Positions 28,310-36,038 of a DNA stretch of 64,000 nucleotides are shown one piece after another; position 1 is the stretch's first letter; each line of letters starts with the position of its first letter. The position numbers and the translations under genes are program-made. The notes beneath the pieces are model-generated. The model ran no database searches and had not been told where the DNA came from. It saw nothing but the letters and a program-made list of their open reading frames with translations. Origin of the DNA: Ignavibacteriaceae bacterium (GTDB taxonomy: Bacteria; Bacteroidota; Ignavibacteria; Ignavibacteriales; Ignavibacteriaceae); the NCBI GenBank assembly GCA_041738675.1, contig JBGSPH010000059.1:30086-94085 (forward strand). Direction: 5' to 3'.

Positions 28310-28642
28310 CTATCTTCCAATTCCATCTAAATATTCTTTTCTTTTTAATAGAGTATCAACATCTTCTACATGGTTTGGATCAGGAACGCAGCAATCAACG
28401 GGACAAACAGCGGCACATTGTGGCTCATCATGAAATCCTTTACACTCTGTACATTTATCAGGTACGATGTAAAAGAAATCGGTTGAATAAAATTCATTTG
28501 CGCCGGAAGGAGCTGCATCACCATTTCCATAATGCGCACCGGCTAATTCCCAATCAACTCCGCCTTCATAAATTGCAGTATTTGGGCATTCAGGCTCGCA
28601 AGCCCCACAATTGATACATTCCTCAGTTATTTTTATTGCCAT
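28310..28642 (-). CDS. 4Fe-4S dicluster ferredoxin
   Basis: It has [12 protein letters not shown] and CTEC...CAAVCP. Length is 110 aa. Confidence 0.85.
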   Translation of the reverse strand: MAIKITEECINCGACEPECPNTAIYEGGVDWELAGAHYGNGDAAPSGANEFYSTDFFYIVPDKCTECKGFHDEPQCAAVCPVDCCVPDPNHVEDVDTLLKRKEYLDGIGR

Positions 28643-28760
28643 AATTTTTTCTCCTTAATATTAACAGAATGAGCAAATAATTTCTAAACTTGTATGCTAT
28701 TTAGGAAAAGTCGGGCTATTCTTCAAGGTACATTTTAAAATATTTCGTTTTTAGCAATAT

Positions 28761-29486
28761 TTACCAGCTTCCACTTGCACCACCTCCACCAAAAGATCCA
28801 CCGCCGCCGCTAAATCCACCCCCACCGCCACTCCAACCAGAGCCTCCTCCCCAACTGCTGCTTCCGCTTGACCAACCACCAGACCGAGTACTTGTTCGGT
28901 AGACGCCTCCAGGAACAAACGGACCGCCGCTTTTCAAAAATAAAAAGATGACAATCAAAATGATCACAAAAATTATAAAAGGAAAACCGGAATCCTCATC
29001 ACTTTCATCAGCAGTATATTCTCCGCCAATTGCAGAGATGATTGCATTAACACCTTCACTTACCCCTCCATAATAATCTTCATTCCTGAACTTAGGTCTA
29101 ATAACATTTCTGATAATCGAACTTGCAACTGCATCAGGTAAAGCACCTTCCAAACCATAGCCAGCTTCAATTCTTAATTCTCTATCATCTTTTGCAATTA
29201 TTAACAATATTCCATTATCATTTTTTGCAGTTCCGATTTTATTTTTAGTTGCTGTTTCCTCAGCTAACATTTCAATCGGATAACCTTCCAGTGAAGGGAT
29301 CATCAATACAAGAATTTGATTTGAAGTAGTATCCTGATATGTTTTTAATCTACTATTTAACCTATCCAACTCTGATTTAGTTAACGTATTTGTTAGATCA
29401 GTTGCCCACATTTTCAGCTTTGGTATTTCAGGCTGAGCAAATGCGTACGATACAAAGATCAGAAAAACAATGAAAGAATACTTCAT
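28761..29486 (-). CDS. TPM-domain (YgcG-like) protein with TM helix and Gly/Ser/Trp-rich tail
   Basis: It has a signal peptide and a TPM core (ILVLMIPSLEG...RELRIEAGYGLEGALPDA). The C-terminus is GGWSSGSSSWGGGSGWSGGGGG. Confidence 0.75.
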   Translation of the reverse strand: MKYSFIVFLIFVSYAFAQPEIPKLKMWATDLTNTLTKSELDRLNSRLKTYQDTTSNQILVLMIPSLEGYPIEMLAEETATKNKIGTAKNDNGILLIIAKDDRELRIEAGYGLEGALPDAVASSIIRNVIRPKFRNEDYYGGVSEGVNAIISAIGGEYTADESDEDSGFPFIIFVIILIVIFLFLKSGGPFVPGGVYRTSTRSGGWSSGSSSWGGGSGWSGGGGGFSGGGGSFGGGGASGSW

Positions 29487-29488
29487 TC

Positions 29489-30097
29489 TTAAAATTCAAC
29501 TTTAGGCGGTGTATCAGACCCTTGAATGGCTTTGAAATATTGTTTCTCTCCAAATCCAAACATACCAGCTAACATCGATGCAGGCAATCTTTTTATGGTT
29601 GTATTGTAAGATTGAACAACCTCATTAAACTTTTTTCGTTCAACAGAAATTCGGTTTTCTGTTCCTTCTAATTGAGCCTGAAGCTGTAAAAAGTTTTCAT
29701 TGGCTTTTAATTGGGGATAATTTTCGACTGTAACTAATAATCTTGATAATGCTCCACTTAACTCTCCTTGTAATGATTGAAACTTAGCAAAAGCCTGTGG
29801 GTCATTAAGAACTTCGGGTGTAATATTAAATTGACTAACTCTTGAACGAGCTTCAGTAACCTGTGTTAATACTTCTTTCTCAAAATCGGCATAACCTTTA
29901 ACGGTATTTACAAGATTTGGAATTAGATCTGCTCTTCTCTGATATTGATTTTCTACCTGCGACCATTGTTTGATTACCTCCTGATCGAGCGAAATCATAT
30001 TGTTGTAGGAGCTTACTCCCCAGGCAACTAACATTCCTACAGCTAAAAGGACGACTGCGCCAATAGCACATCCGATCATCATTCCTTTATTTTTCAT
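29489..30097 (-). CDS. LemA family protein
   Basis: It has an N-terminal TM helix. VENQYQRRADLIPNLV...ENRISVERKKFN is typical of LemA. It forms the usual LemA-TPM pair. Confidence 0.85.
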   Translation of the reverse strand: MKNKGMMIGCAIGAVVLLAVGMLVAWGVSSYNNMISLDQEVIKQWSQVENQYQRRADLIPNLVNTVKGYADFEKEVLTQVTEARSRVSQFNITPEVLNDPQAFAKFQSLQGELSGALSRLLVTVENYPQLKANENFLQLQAQLEGTENRISVERKKFNEVVQSYNTTIKRLPASMLAGMFGFGEKQYFKAIQGSDTPPKVEF

Positions 30098-30220
30098 TAT
30101 TGCTCCTTAAAATATCTTAAAGAAATTTTGGATTTAACAGAACATTTAGATTTCAAGAATTCTTTGGCAAAAATATAATACTTAATGAATGTAAATGTAC
30201 ACTATGTAAGAATTTTTTTT

Positions 30221-31120
30221 TCAAGGTTTTTCGCCCATGAAGCTATTTTGTAAATACTCTAAGGCTTTGTTAGATATTTCCAGATTTTTTTGAACAGCAA
30301 ATTTTTCTGCATTTTGAACGTTACCGGAGTAAAACCGCAGCCATAAAAAATTACCAATAATAATTGCGTCAAAAATTCTATCTTCGATAAAAGCGTTTAT
30401 TGTTAAGTAACCGAACAAAATATTCCATCCGAGTGACAAAGTACCGCTAATGTATTCGCCTGTATAAAATTGTCCGAATCCCGGAATTAAATAAGAACTG
30501 TACTTAGCAAAATTAACATTATACATTTTATCATTAACAGATTTACACAAATTAGCTAAAGCTGTATCAAGATTATTTTCATTAAAGATTTCATAAGCTT
30601 TTTCCCAGTCATCAGAAAAAATATAATTCCAACCGATCCAATACTTAGTTTCCTTTTGGTTGGATATAAATCTTTGATCATTTAATAAGTCATTTAGTAT
30701 TCTTTCAGCTTGTTTATTCGTGCGGCGTAAAATATTTGTTCGGGCATTAAGTGTCTTAGCCACAAAATATTCTTCTTCATTTTTAGCATAAATTTCAGCG
30801 AATGTTAGATATTTTACAGCTTCATCAAACTTAGCACCTGCTTTGTAAGATTTACCAATCAAAAGATTTGATTCAAATGCAAATTGATTTTCTTTATCAA
30901 ATAACTTAAGACGTTTGAATTCTGTAATCGCGTCAAAATATTTTTCATGATTAAATAGTTGATTTGCATATTCATATTGCTGCTTCAATGTGCTTTGTGT
31001 AAAAACATTTGAAGCGAGCATTACAAGAAATAGAAATATATTTTTAATTACAAAAGTCATAAGTCGGTGCAAAATAATTTTTCTCTTCCAGAAACAATTT
31101 AACTCCTTCATCAAATTCAA
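30221..31120 (-). CDS. Exported TPR-like protein with C-terminal two-TM module (paralog 2)
   Basis: The likely start is the ATG at 31060 (MTFVIKNIFLFLVMLASNVFTQ, a signal peptide). Its C-terminal IPGFGQFYTGEYISG...LFGYL...FYSGN aligns with the neighbouring paralog. Confidence 0.55.
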   Translation of the reverse strand: MNLMKELNCFWKRKIILHRLMTFVIKNIFLFLVMLASNVFTQSTLKQQYEYANQLFNHEKYFDAITEFKRLKLFDKENQFAFESNLLIGKSYKAGAKFDEAVKYLTFAEIYAKNEEEYFVAKTLNARTNILRRTNKQAERILNDLLNDQRFISNQKETKYWIGWNYIFSDDWEKAYEIFNENNLDTALANLCKSVNDKMYNVNFAKYSSYLIPGFGQFYTGEYISGTLSLGWNILFGYLTINAFIEDRIFDAIIIGNFLWLRFYSGNVQNAEKFAVQKNLEISNKALEYLQNSFMGEKP

Positions 31121-31892
31121 AATTTACTCTTGCGTTAAATATTTGCGCTGATGCAATCGATCCATAAATATTTCCGGCATAAAATCCTGCACCAACCGCT
31201 GTAAATATCCACGCACGGGTTGGATGATCATGTTCAAAATTGGTATAAGCCAGATATGCAAATAAACCTGTTAGTATAAATGCAGTTATTCCATCACCAT
31301 ATTCTTGCGTATAGATTTTTCCTGCACCTGGAATAATTGTTGAGAAAATTCCTGCCCACACTTCACTTTTATACGGCGGATTATTTTTCAAATCGTAGAA
31401 ATTGGATAACTCATTTTTCTCTTCATTCTCAAAAGGGATTAAGAATCTTTCTTTTTCGGGTATATCATTCTGAATAAACAGCAGTGAAGTGTTTTTTAAT
31501 CTATATGCATTGTTGGAAAACGGTGATTGTGAATTAATAAGTACATCAGCAAATGAATAAAAACTTGAATCAATATTTTGTAAGTAAAGTGATTTGAGCA
31601 TTTCAATTTTGCTTTGCTCATAAAATGATGAAGTTATTTTTATCGAACTAAATTTTTTATACGCATTTGATTGATCGTTTATAGCAGAATATCCAACAGC
31701 TATTTTAAATTGAATCGAATCATCAGCAAACACTGATAAATATTTTTCATATTCATCAATTGCACGTAAATAATCTTTATCGCAAAAAAGATAATCTGCA
31801 AACAGTTTTAAGTTTTGGGGTGAATTAAAATTAATCTCTTGAGAAATTATTAGTGATGATAAAAGAGAAATGAAAAAAAATATTTTAAGCAT
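31044..31892 (-). CDS. Exported TPR-like protein with C-terminal two-TM module (paralog 1)
   Basis: The signal peptide is MLKIFFFISLLSSLIISQ. Its C-terminus reads IPGAGKIYTQEYGDG...LFAYL...FYAGN. The start abuts the stop of the YidD-like gene. Confidence 0.55.
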   Translation of the reverse strand: MLKIFFFISLLSSLIISQEINFNSPQNLKLFADYLFCDKDYLRAIDEYEKYLSVFADDSIQFKIAVGYSAINDQSNAYKKFSSIKITSSFYEQSKIEMLKSLYLQNIDSSFYSFADVLINSQSPFSNNAYRLKNTSLLFIQNDIPEKERFLIPFENEEKNELSNFYDLKNNPPYKSEVWAGIFSTIIPGAGKIYTQEYGDGITAFILTGLFAYLAYTNFEHDHPTRAWIFTAVGAGFYAGNIYGSIASAQIFNARVNFEFDEGVKLFLEEKNYFAPTYDFCN

Positions 31893-32401
31893 TATTCTTT
31901 TATATAAGTATTAGCGGGAATATATTCTATCCTATTCTCATCCAAAGTATATGACGATATCGGATCGTAATAATGATTTGTACCAAATAGTGAATAATGC
32001 TCATGTCGTCCAAAAACATTTGTGTCTCTTGTAAACCTATCAAAAAACATCAATGTTCCCTGAACTAAATTTGTTTCCTTCATTGACTGAGCCAGAAAAC
32101 TTGAACAGGATGGATGAAATGGACAGTTAGCTCCATCAACATCTGAAATAAAAAACCAGTAAGCAATAATAACTGGTTTAACAATTACATCAGATGTTGA
32201 TTCAATTGAAAGGTCATAATCTCTTTCGTGATAGGTATCTGCTATTTGATATGTCGGGTCAGACTTTTCCCATCTTACCCAGTCTGTTTGGGAATAATTT
32301 GTAAGTTGAAAAATTGTTATAAAAAGTAAAAAATATTTTTTATTTATTATCAAGCAAGGCTCTTGCAATAACAATTTTTTGGATTTCCGAAGTACCTTCA
32401 T
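31892..32401 (-). CDS. Atypical long YidD-domain (PF01809-like) protein with N-terminal signal-like segment
   Basis: AYWFFISDVDGANCPFHPSCSSFLAQSMKE parallels E. coli YidD [27 protein letters not shown] (from memory). The ATG start overlaps the acd gene by 62 nt. A TTG at 32353 (LIINKKYFLLFITIFQL) is a more plausible start. Confidence 0.6.
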   Translation of the reverse strand: MKVLRKSKKLLLQEPCLIINKKYFLLFITIFQLTNYSQTDWVRWEKSDPTYQIADTYHERDYDLSIESTSDVIVKPVIIAYWFFISDVDGANCPFHPSCSSFLAQSMKETNLVQGTLMFFDRFTRDTNVFGRHEHYSLFGTNHYYDPISSYTLDENRIEYIPANTYIKE

Positions 32402-33485
32402 AAATTTCTGTTATCTTGGAATCACGTAAATATCTTTCAACCAGATATTCACGAACATAACCATAGCCTCCATGAATTTGAATTGCATCAAGTGCATTTT
32501 GTACAGCAACTTTTGAAGCATAAAGCTTTGCCATAGCACCTTCTTTGATATACGGTTTGCCAGCATCTTTAAGTGCAGCAGCTTTTAATGTTAACAATTT
32601 AGCAGCATCAACTTTTACAGCCATATCTGAAAGCATAAATTGAATGGCTTGAAAATTTGAAATAGTCTGACCAAACGCTTTTCTTTCCTTTGCATATTTA
32701 ACAGCTGCGTCTAATGATGCCTCTGCAATTCCTACAGCTTGAGCAGCAATACCAATTCTTCCACCGTTAAGTGTGTTCATTGCAAAGTTAAATCCTTTGC
32801 CCTCTTCCCAAACAAGATTTTCCGCAGGAACTTTACAGTTTGTAAATGTGAGCGAACAAGTATCCGAACTTCTAATTCCAAGTTTATCTTCTTTCACTCC
32901 GTGATCAAATCCCGGTGTGCCTCGTTCAACTAAAAAAGTTGATATACCTTTATGAGCAAGCTCTTTATTTGTTGTTGCCATCACCAAAACATAATCAGCA
33001 GAGATTCCGTTTGTTATCCAGTTTTTAATTCCGTTTAAACTATAGCTATTTCCATCTTTATCAGCAATTGTTTTTTGCTTTGTTGCATCACTTCCCGCTT
33101 CAGGTTCTGATAAAGCAAACGCACCAAGTTTTTCACCCTTAGCAAGTGGAATAAGATATTTCTGTTTTATAAAATCCGATCCAAACTTTTCTAATCCATA
33201 GCACACTAAAGAATTATTGACAGACATTATCACACCAAGACTTGCATCCACTTTAGAAATTTCTATCATTGCAAGAACATAACTTATTGTATCTAATCCA
33301 GCCCCCCCATATTCTGTAGCAACCATCATACCCATAAAACCAAGCTCGCCCATTTTCTTTACGATCTCTGAAGGAAACTCTGCGGATTTATCTCTTTGCA
33401 CGGCAGAGGGTGCAATTTCATTCAATGCAAAATCTTTTGCAGATTCCTTGATCATTAAATGTTCTTCGGTGAGATCAAAATTCAT
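32340..33485 (-). CDS. Acyl-CoA dehydrogenase (short/medium-chain type)
   Basis: It has GAFALSEPEAGSD and the C-terminal YEGTSEIQ motif with catalytic Glu. Length is 381 aa. Confidence 0.9.
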   Translation of the reverse strand: MNFDLTEEHLMIKESAKDFALNEIAPSAVQRDKSAEFPSEIVKKMGELGFMGMMVATEYGGAGLDTISYVLAMIEISKVDASLGVIMSVNNSLVCYGLEKFGSDFIKQKYLIPLAKGEKLGAFALSEPEAGSDATKQKTIADKDGNSYSLNGIKNWITNGISADYVLVMATTNKELAHKGISTFLVERGTPGFDHGVKEDKLGIRSSDTCSLTFTNCKVPAENLVWEEGKGFNFAMNTLNGGRIGIAAQAVGIAEASLDAAVKYAKERKAFGQTISNFQAIQFMLSDMAVKVDAAKLLTLKAAALKDAGKPYIKEGAMAKLYASKVAVQNALDAIQIHGGYGYVREYLVERYLRDSKITEIYEGTSEIQKIVIARALLDNK

Positions 33486-33636
33486 TTTAAATCCTTTTTT
33501 AATTTTGATTAAAACCTGTTAATTTTAATCCGATTGATTTGTAGGTTTATTTTATATCAAAAATAAAGGAATAAATCTTATGTATCAATCAGGGGAAGGA
33601 ATGTAATATGCAGAATCAATATTTTTTTGAAAATTC

Positions 33637-34788
33637 TTGGCCTATGGTTGCAAAATGATGGAACAAATGTTAACTGCGGATTCAGTTAGTAAAACAATGC
33701 TTAAGGGTCTCACTCTCAAAGAATTAGAAGACTTCTTTACCGTAGCGGGAGAAAAAAGATTTAGAGGTGATCAGGTTTTTGAGTGGATATACGGACACAT
33801 GGCAGAAAATTTTGATGATATGTCAACCATCCCAAATTACCTAAGAAAAAAACTCAATCTTTATTGTGAACTAAATACACTTACCTTATTCTCATCTGAA
33901 CAATCTCAAAGAACCGGCACAAAAAAATATTTATTCAAAACTCATGATAATTTAGTTGTTGAGGCCGTGGTTATACCTGATCCCAAAAGAATTACACTAT
34001 GCATATCCACTCAGGTTGGATGCCCTTTGGATTGCCAATTTTGTGCAACAGGATTAATGGGTTACAAAAGAAATCTTTCGTCTGCGGAGATTATTGACCA
34101 ATTCCTGATGGTATCGAGAGACTATGGTAAAAATAAAATTTCTAATATTGTGTACATGGGAATGGGTGAGCCGCTTCTTAATTATGCAAACACTCTAAAA
34201 ACACTTCAGATATTCGCAGAAGAGAAAACAAAAGACATTAGCTTAAGACGTATTACAGTTTCTACAGCGGGCATTGCTCCAAAAATTGTTGAACTTGCAG
34301 ACAGTGGATTAAAAGTAAAATTGGCTTTATCTCTTCATTCGATGTTTGAAGAAACACGAAACAAAATTATGCCTATCAATAAAAAATATTCTCTGCAAGA
34401 AAATTTAGAAGCCGTAAGATATTACGCAAAACAGACGGATACACCAATAACTTTTGAATATGTGATGTTAAAAGATATCAATGACAGGACAGATGATCTT
34501 AATGCACTTTTAAAATTATGTAAATCACTTCCGTGCAAAATTAATGTTATTCCTTTTAATTCTATCTCACATATGAGTCCCACCGGATTTGCACATGAAC
34601 TTCAGCCTTCCCAAAAATTCCAGATTGATGAGTTTGTAAAAACTCTTAGAGCGAATAACATAGTAGTTATGGTAAGATTTACACAAGGAGAAGATATTGC
34701 TGCTGCTTGCGGACAGTTAGCATATAAGAGCCTCACCCCAACCCTCTCCTCCGAAAGGAGTCCTTCGGACCAAGGAGAGGGAGAATAG
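33637..34788 (+). CDS. rlmN: 23S rRNA/tRNA adenine-C2 methyltransferase RlmN (radical SAM)
   Basis: It has CPLDCQFCATG and GMGEPLLN. The ORF-track start is TTG, and the likely ATG is at 33655. The last ~19 codons are encoded by a hairpin repeat element. Confidence 0.9.
   Translation: MAYGCKMMEQMLTADSVSKTMLKGLTLKELEDFFTVAGEKRFRGDQVFEWIYGHMAENFDDMSTIPNYLRKKLNLYCELNTLTLFSSEQSQRTGTKKYLFKTHDNLVVEAVVIPDPKRITLCISTQVGCPLDCQFCATGLMGYKRNLSSAEIIDQFLMVSRDYGKNKISNIVYMGMGEPLLNYANTLKTLQIFAEEKTKDISLRRITVSTAGIAPKIVELADSGLKVKLALSLHSMFEETRNKIMPINKKYSLQENLEAVRYYAKQTDTPITFEYVMLKDINDRTDDLNALLKLCKSLPCKINVIPFNSISHMSPTGFAHELQPSQKFQIDEFVKTLRANNIVVMVRFTQGEDIAAACGQLAYKSLTPTLSSERSPSDQGEGE
34731..34783. repeat. C-rich/G-rich long hairpin element embedded in the rlmN 3' end
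   Basis: CCCTCTCC-TCCGAAAGGAgTCCTTCGGA-ccaa-GGAGAGGG is a nested imperfect palindrome. The antisense frame reads GGEGWGEA, a typical shadow ORF of such elements. Confidence 0.6.
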
Positions 34789-34789
34789 A

Positions 34790-35368
34790 ATGCGCAAACT
34801 AACACACGATGAGATTTCGGCAAACCGAAGTACACTCGAAAAAATCCACACAGTGCCAAAACTCCCCGTTACAGTTTTATTAAATTCTATTCGTAGTTCA
34901 TACAATGTTGGTTCGATATTCAGGACTTCAGATGGGGCAATGATTGAGAAGCTTATTTTATGCGGTTATACACCATATCCACCAATAGACGAAAATTCTC
35001 CAGGCAACAAAGATGTTTTAAAAACTGCACTTGGCTCAACACAAAGTGTAAACTGGGAATATATAAAAAGTCCAATCGAAGCTATTAAAAATCTTAAAGC
35101 ACAAGGAATAAAAATTTGCGCCTTAGAACTTACTGAAGACAGTAAGACTTATTCTGATGCTACGTTATATAATTTTCCACTTTGCCTTGTTGTGGGTAAT
35201 GAAATCACTGGTGTTTCACAAGAGGTTTTAGATCTATCTGATTATTCAATAGAAATTCCTCAATACGGAATTAAGCAATCCTTAAATGTTGCAGTTGCTT
35301 ATGGAATTGCAATTTTTGAGTTGAGAAAAATATTTAATTCTGATATAAAATCTACATCGCGGCAGTAA
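34790..35368 (+). CDS. SpoU/TrmH-family RNA 2'-O-methyltransferase
   Basis: It has SYNVGSIFRTSDGA, LVVGNEITGVSQEVL and IPQYGIKQSLNVAVAYGIAIFEL (SPOUT knot motifs). The ATG lies 1 nt after the rlmN stop. Confidence 0.85.
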   Translation: MRKLTHDEISANRSTLEKIHTVPKLPVTVLLNSIRSSYNVGSIFRTSDGAMIEKLILCGYTPYPPIDENSPGNKDVLKTALGSTQSVNWEYIKSPIEAIKNLKAQGIKICALELTEDSKTYSDATLYNFPLCLVVGNEITGVSQEVLDLSDYSIEIPQYGIKQSLNVAVAYGIAIFELRKIFNSDIKSTSRQ

Positions 35369-36008
35369 AATACTCTTCTCCATTATCTTTGGTATGTATC
35401 ATCAACAAATTTGCTCTTAACATCTTTACCAATGTCCTTGATGCTCTTCTTTCCGAAATATTAACAAGATTACTTAACTCTTTTACGCTGATTCTTTCAA
35501 CTTTTGATAAATACTCAAAAACTGTTTTTTCGGTGGGACCAAGAATATATTTTTTTAATGCAGTTTGATTAGTGTGCGCACGAAGAATCCTGATCATTTC
35601 TTTGCTTGCCTGCACACTCTTATCATTCACTCTTATGGTAACAACCGCCTTGGTGATGTCAAGATCTGATTGATAGTCCTGAATTCTATGTGGTTTTATG
35701 TTTGATTCCGGAACATCTACTATAACAATTTCTTTACCGTCAACTTCTCGGTATTCTATTATAAAATCAAGTGGAGGCTCACAATAGTTAAGTGCAGCAT
35801 CTTTTACTAATTCAGTTGTTTCTTTTTCACTTTCAACACCAACAATTTTTTTATCATCATCAATTCCAAATAAAACATAACCGCCTTTGGTATTGGCAAA
35901 TGCAATCATTTCGCGGGCAATTTTATCGTGAGTCGAAAATTTTCTTTTAAACTCTACTTGAATATTCTCACCTTCTTCGATGAGACTTAACAAATCTCTA
36001 TATCGCAT
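35352..36008 (-). CDS. AlbA_2 (Schlafen-type) DNA-binding domain protein with C-terminal wHTH
   Basis: The N-terminus is EGENIQVEFKRKF...IAREMIAFANTKGGYVLFGIDDDKKIVGV. The C-terminus is FEYLSKVERISVKELSNLVNISERRASRTLVKM. The 3' end overlaps the convergent trmH-family gene by 17 nt. Confidence 0.6.
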   Translation of the reverse strand: MRYRDLLSLIEEGENIQVEFKRKFSTHDKIAREMIAFANTKGGYVLFGIDDDKKIVGVESEKETTELVKDAALNYCEPPLDFIIEYREVDGKEIVIVDVPESNIKPHRIQDYQSDLDITKAVVTIRVNDKSVQASKEMIRILRAHTNQTALKKYILGPTEKTVFEYLSKVERISVKELSNLVNISERRASRTLVKMLRANLLMIHTKDNGEEYFTAAM

Positions 36009-36038
36009 AATGTAGGGAACTTATTTAATCAGTAAAGA

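Noticed and set aside
28761-28900. A locally GC-rich repetitive tract (GGTGG/CCACC runs).
   Set aside because: It is the coding sequence of the Gly/Ser/Trp-rich C-terminal tail of the TPM-domain protein. It is not a CRISPR array, a tandem DNA repeat or an RNA gene.
34602-34905. Two minus-strand ORFs (85 aa and 62 aa) spanning the rlmN/trmH junction; the 62-aa ORF contains GGEGWGEA and the 85-aa ORF reads through the same hairpin element in another frame.
   Set aside because: They are antisense translations of the hairpin repeat element and of the ends of two well-supported plus-strand genes. They are not credible genes.
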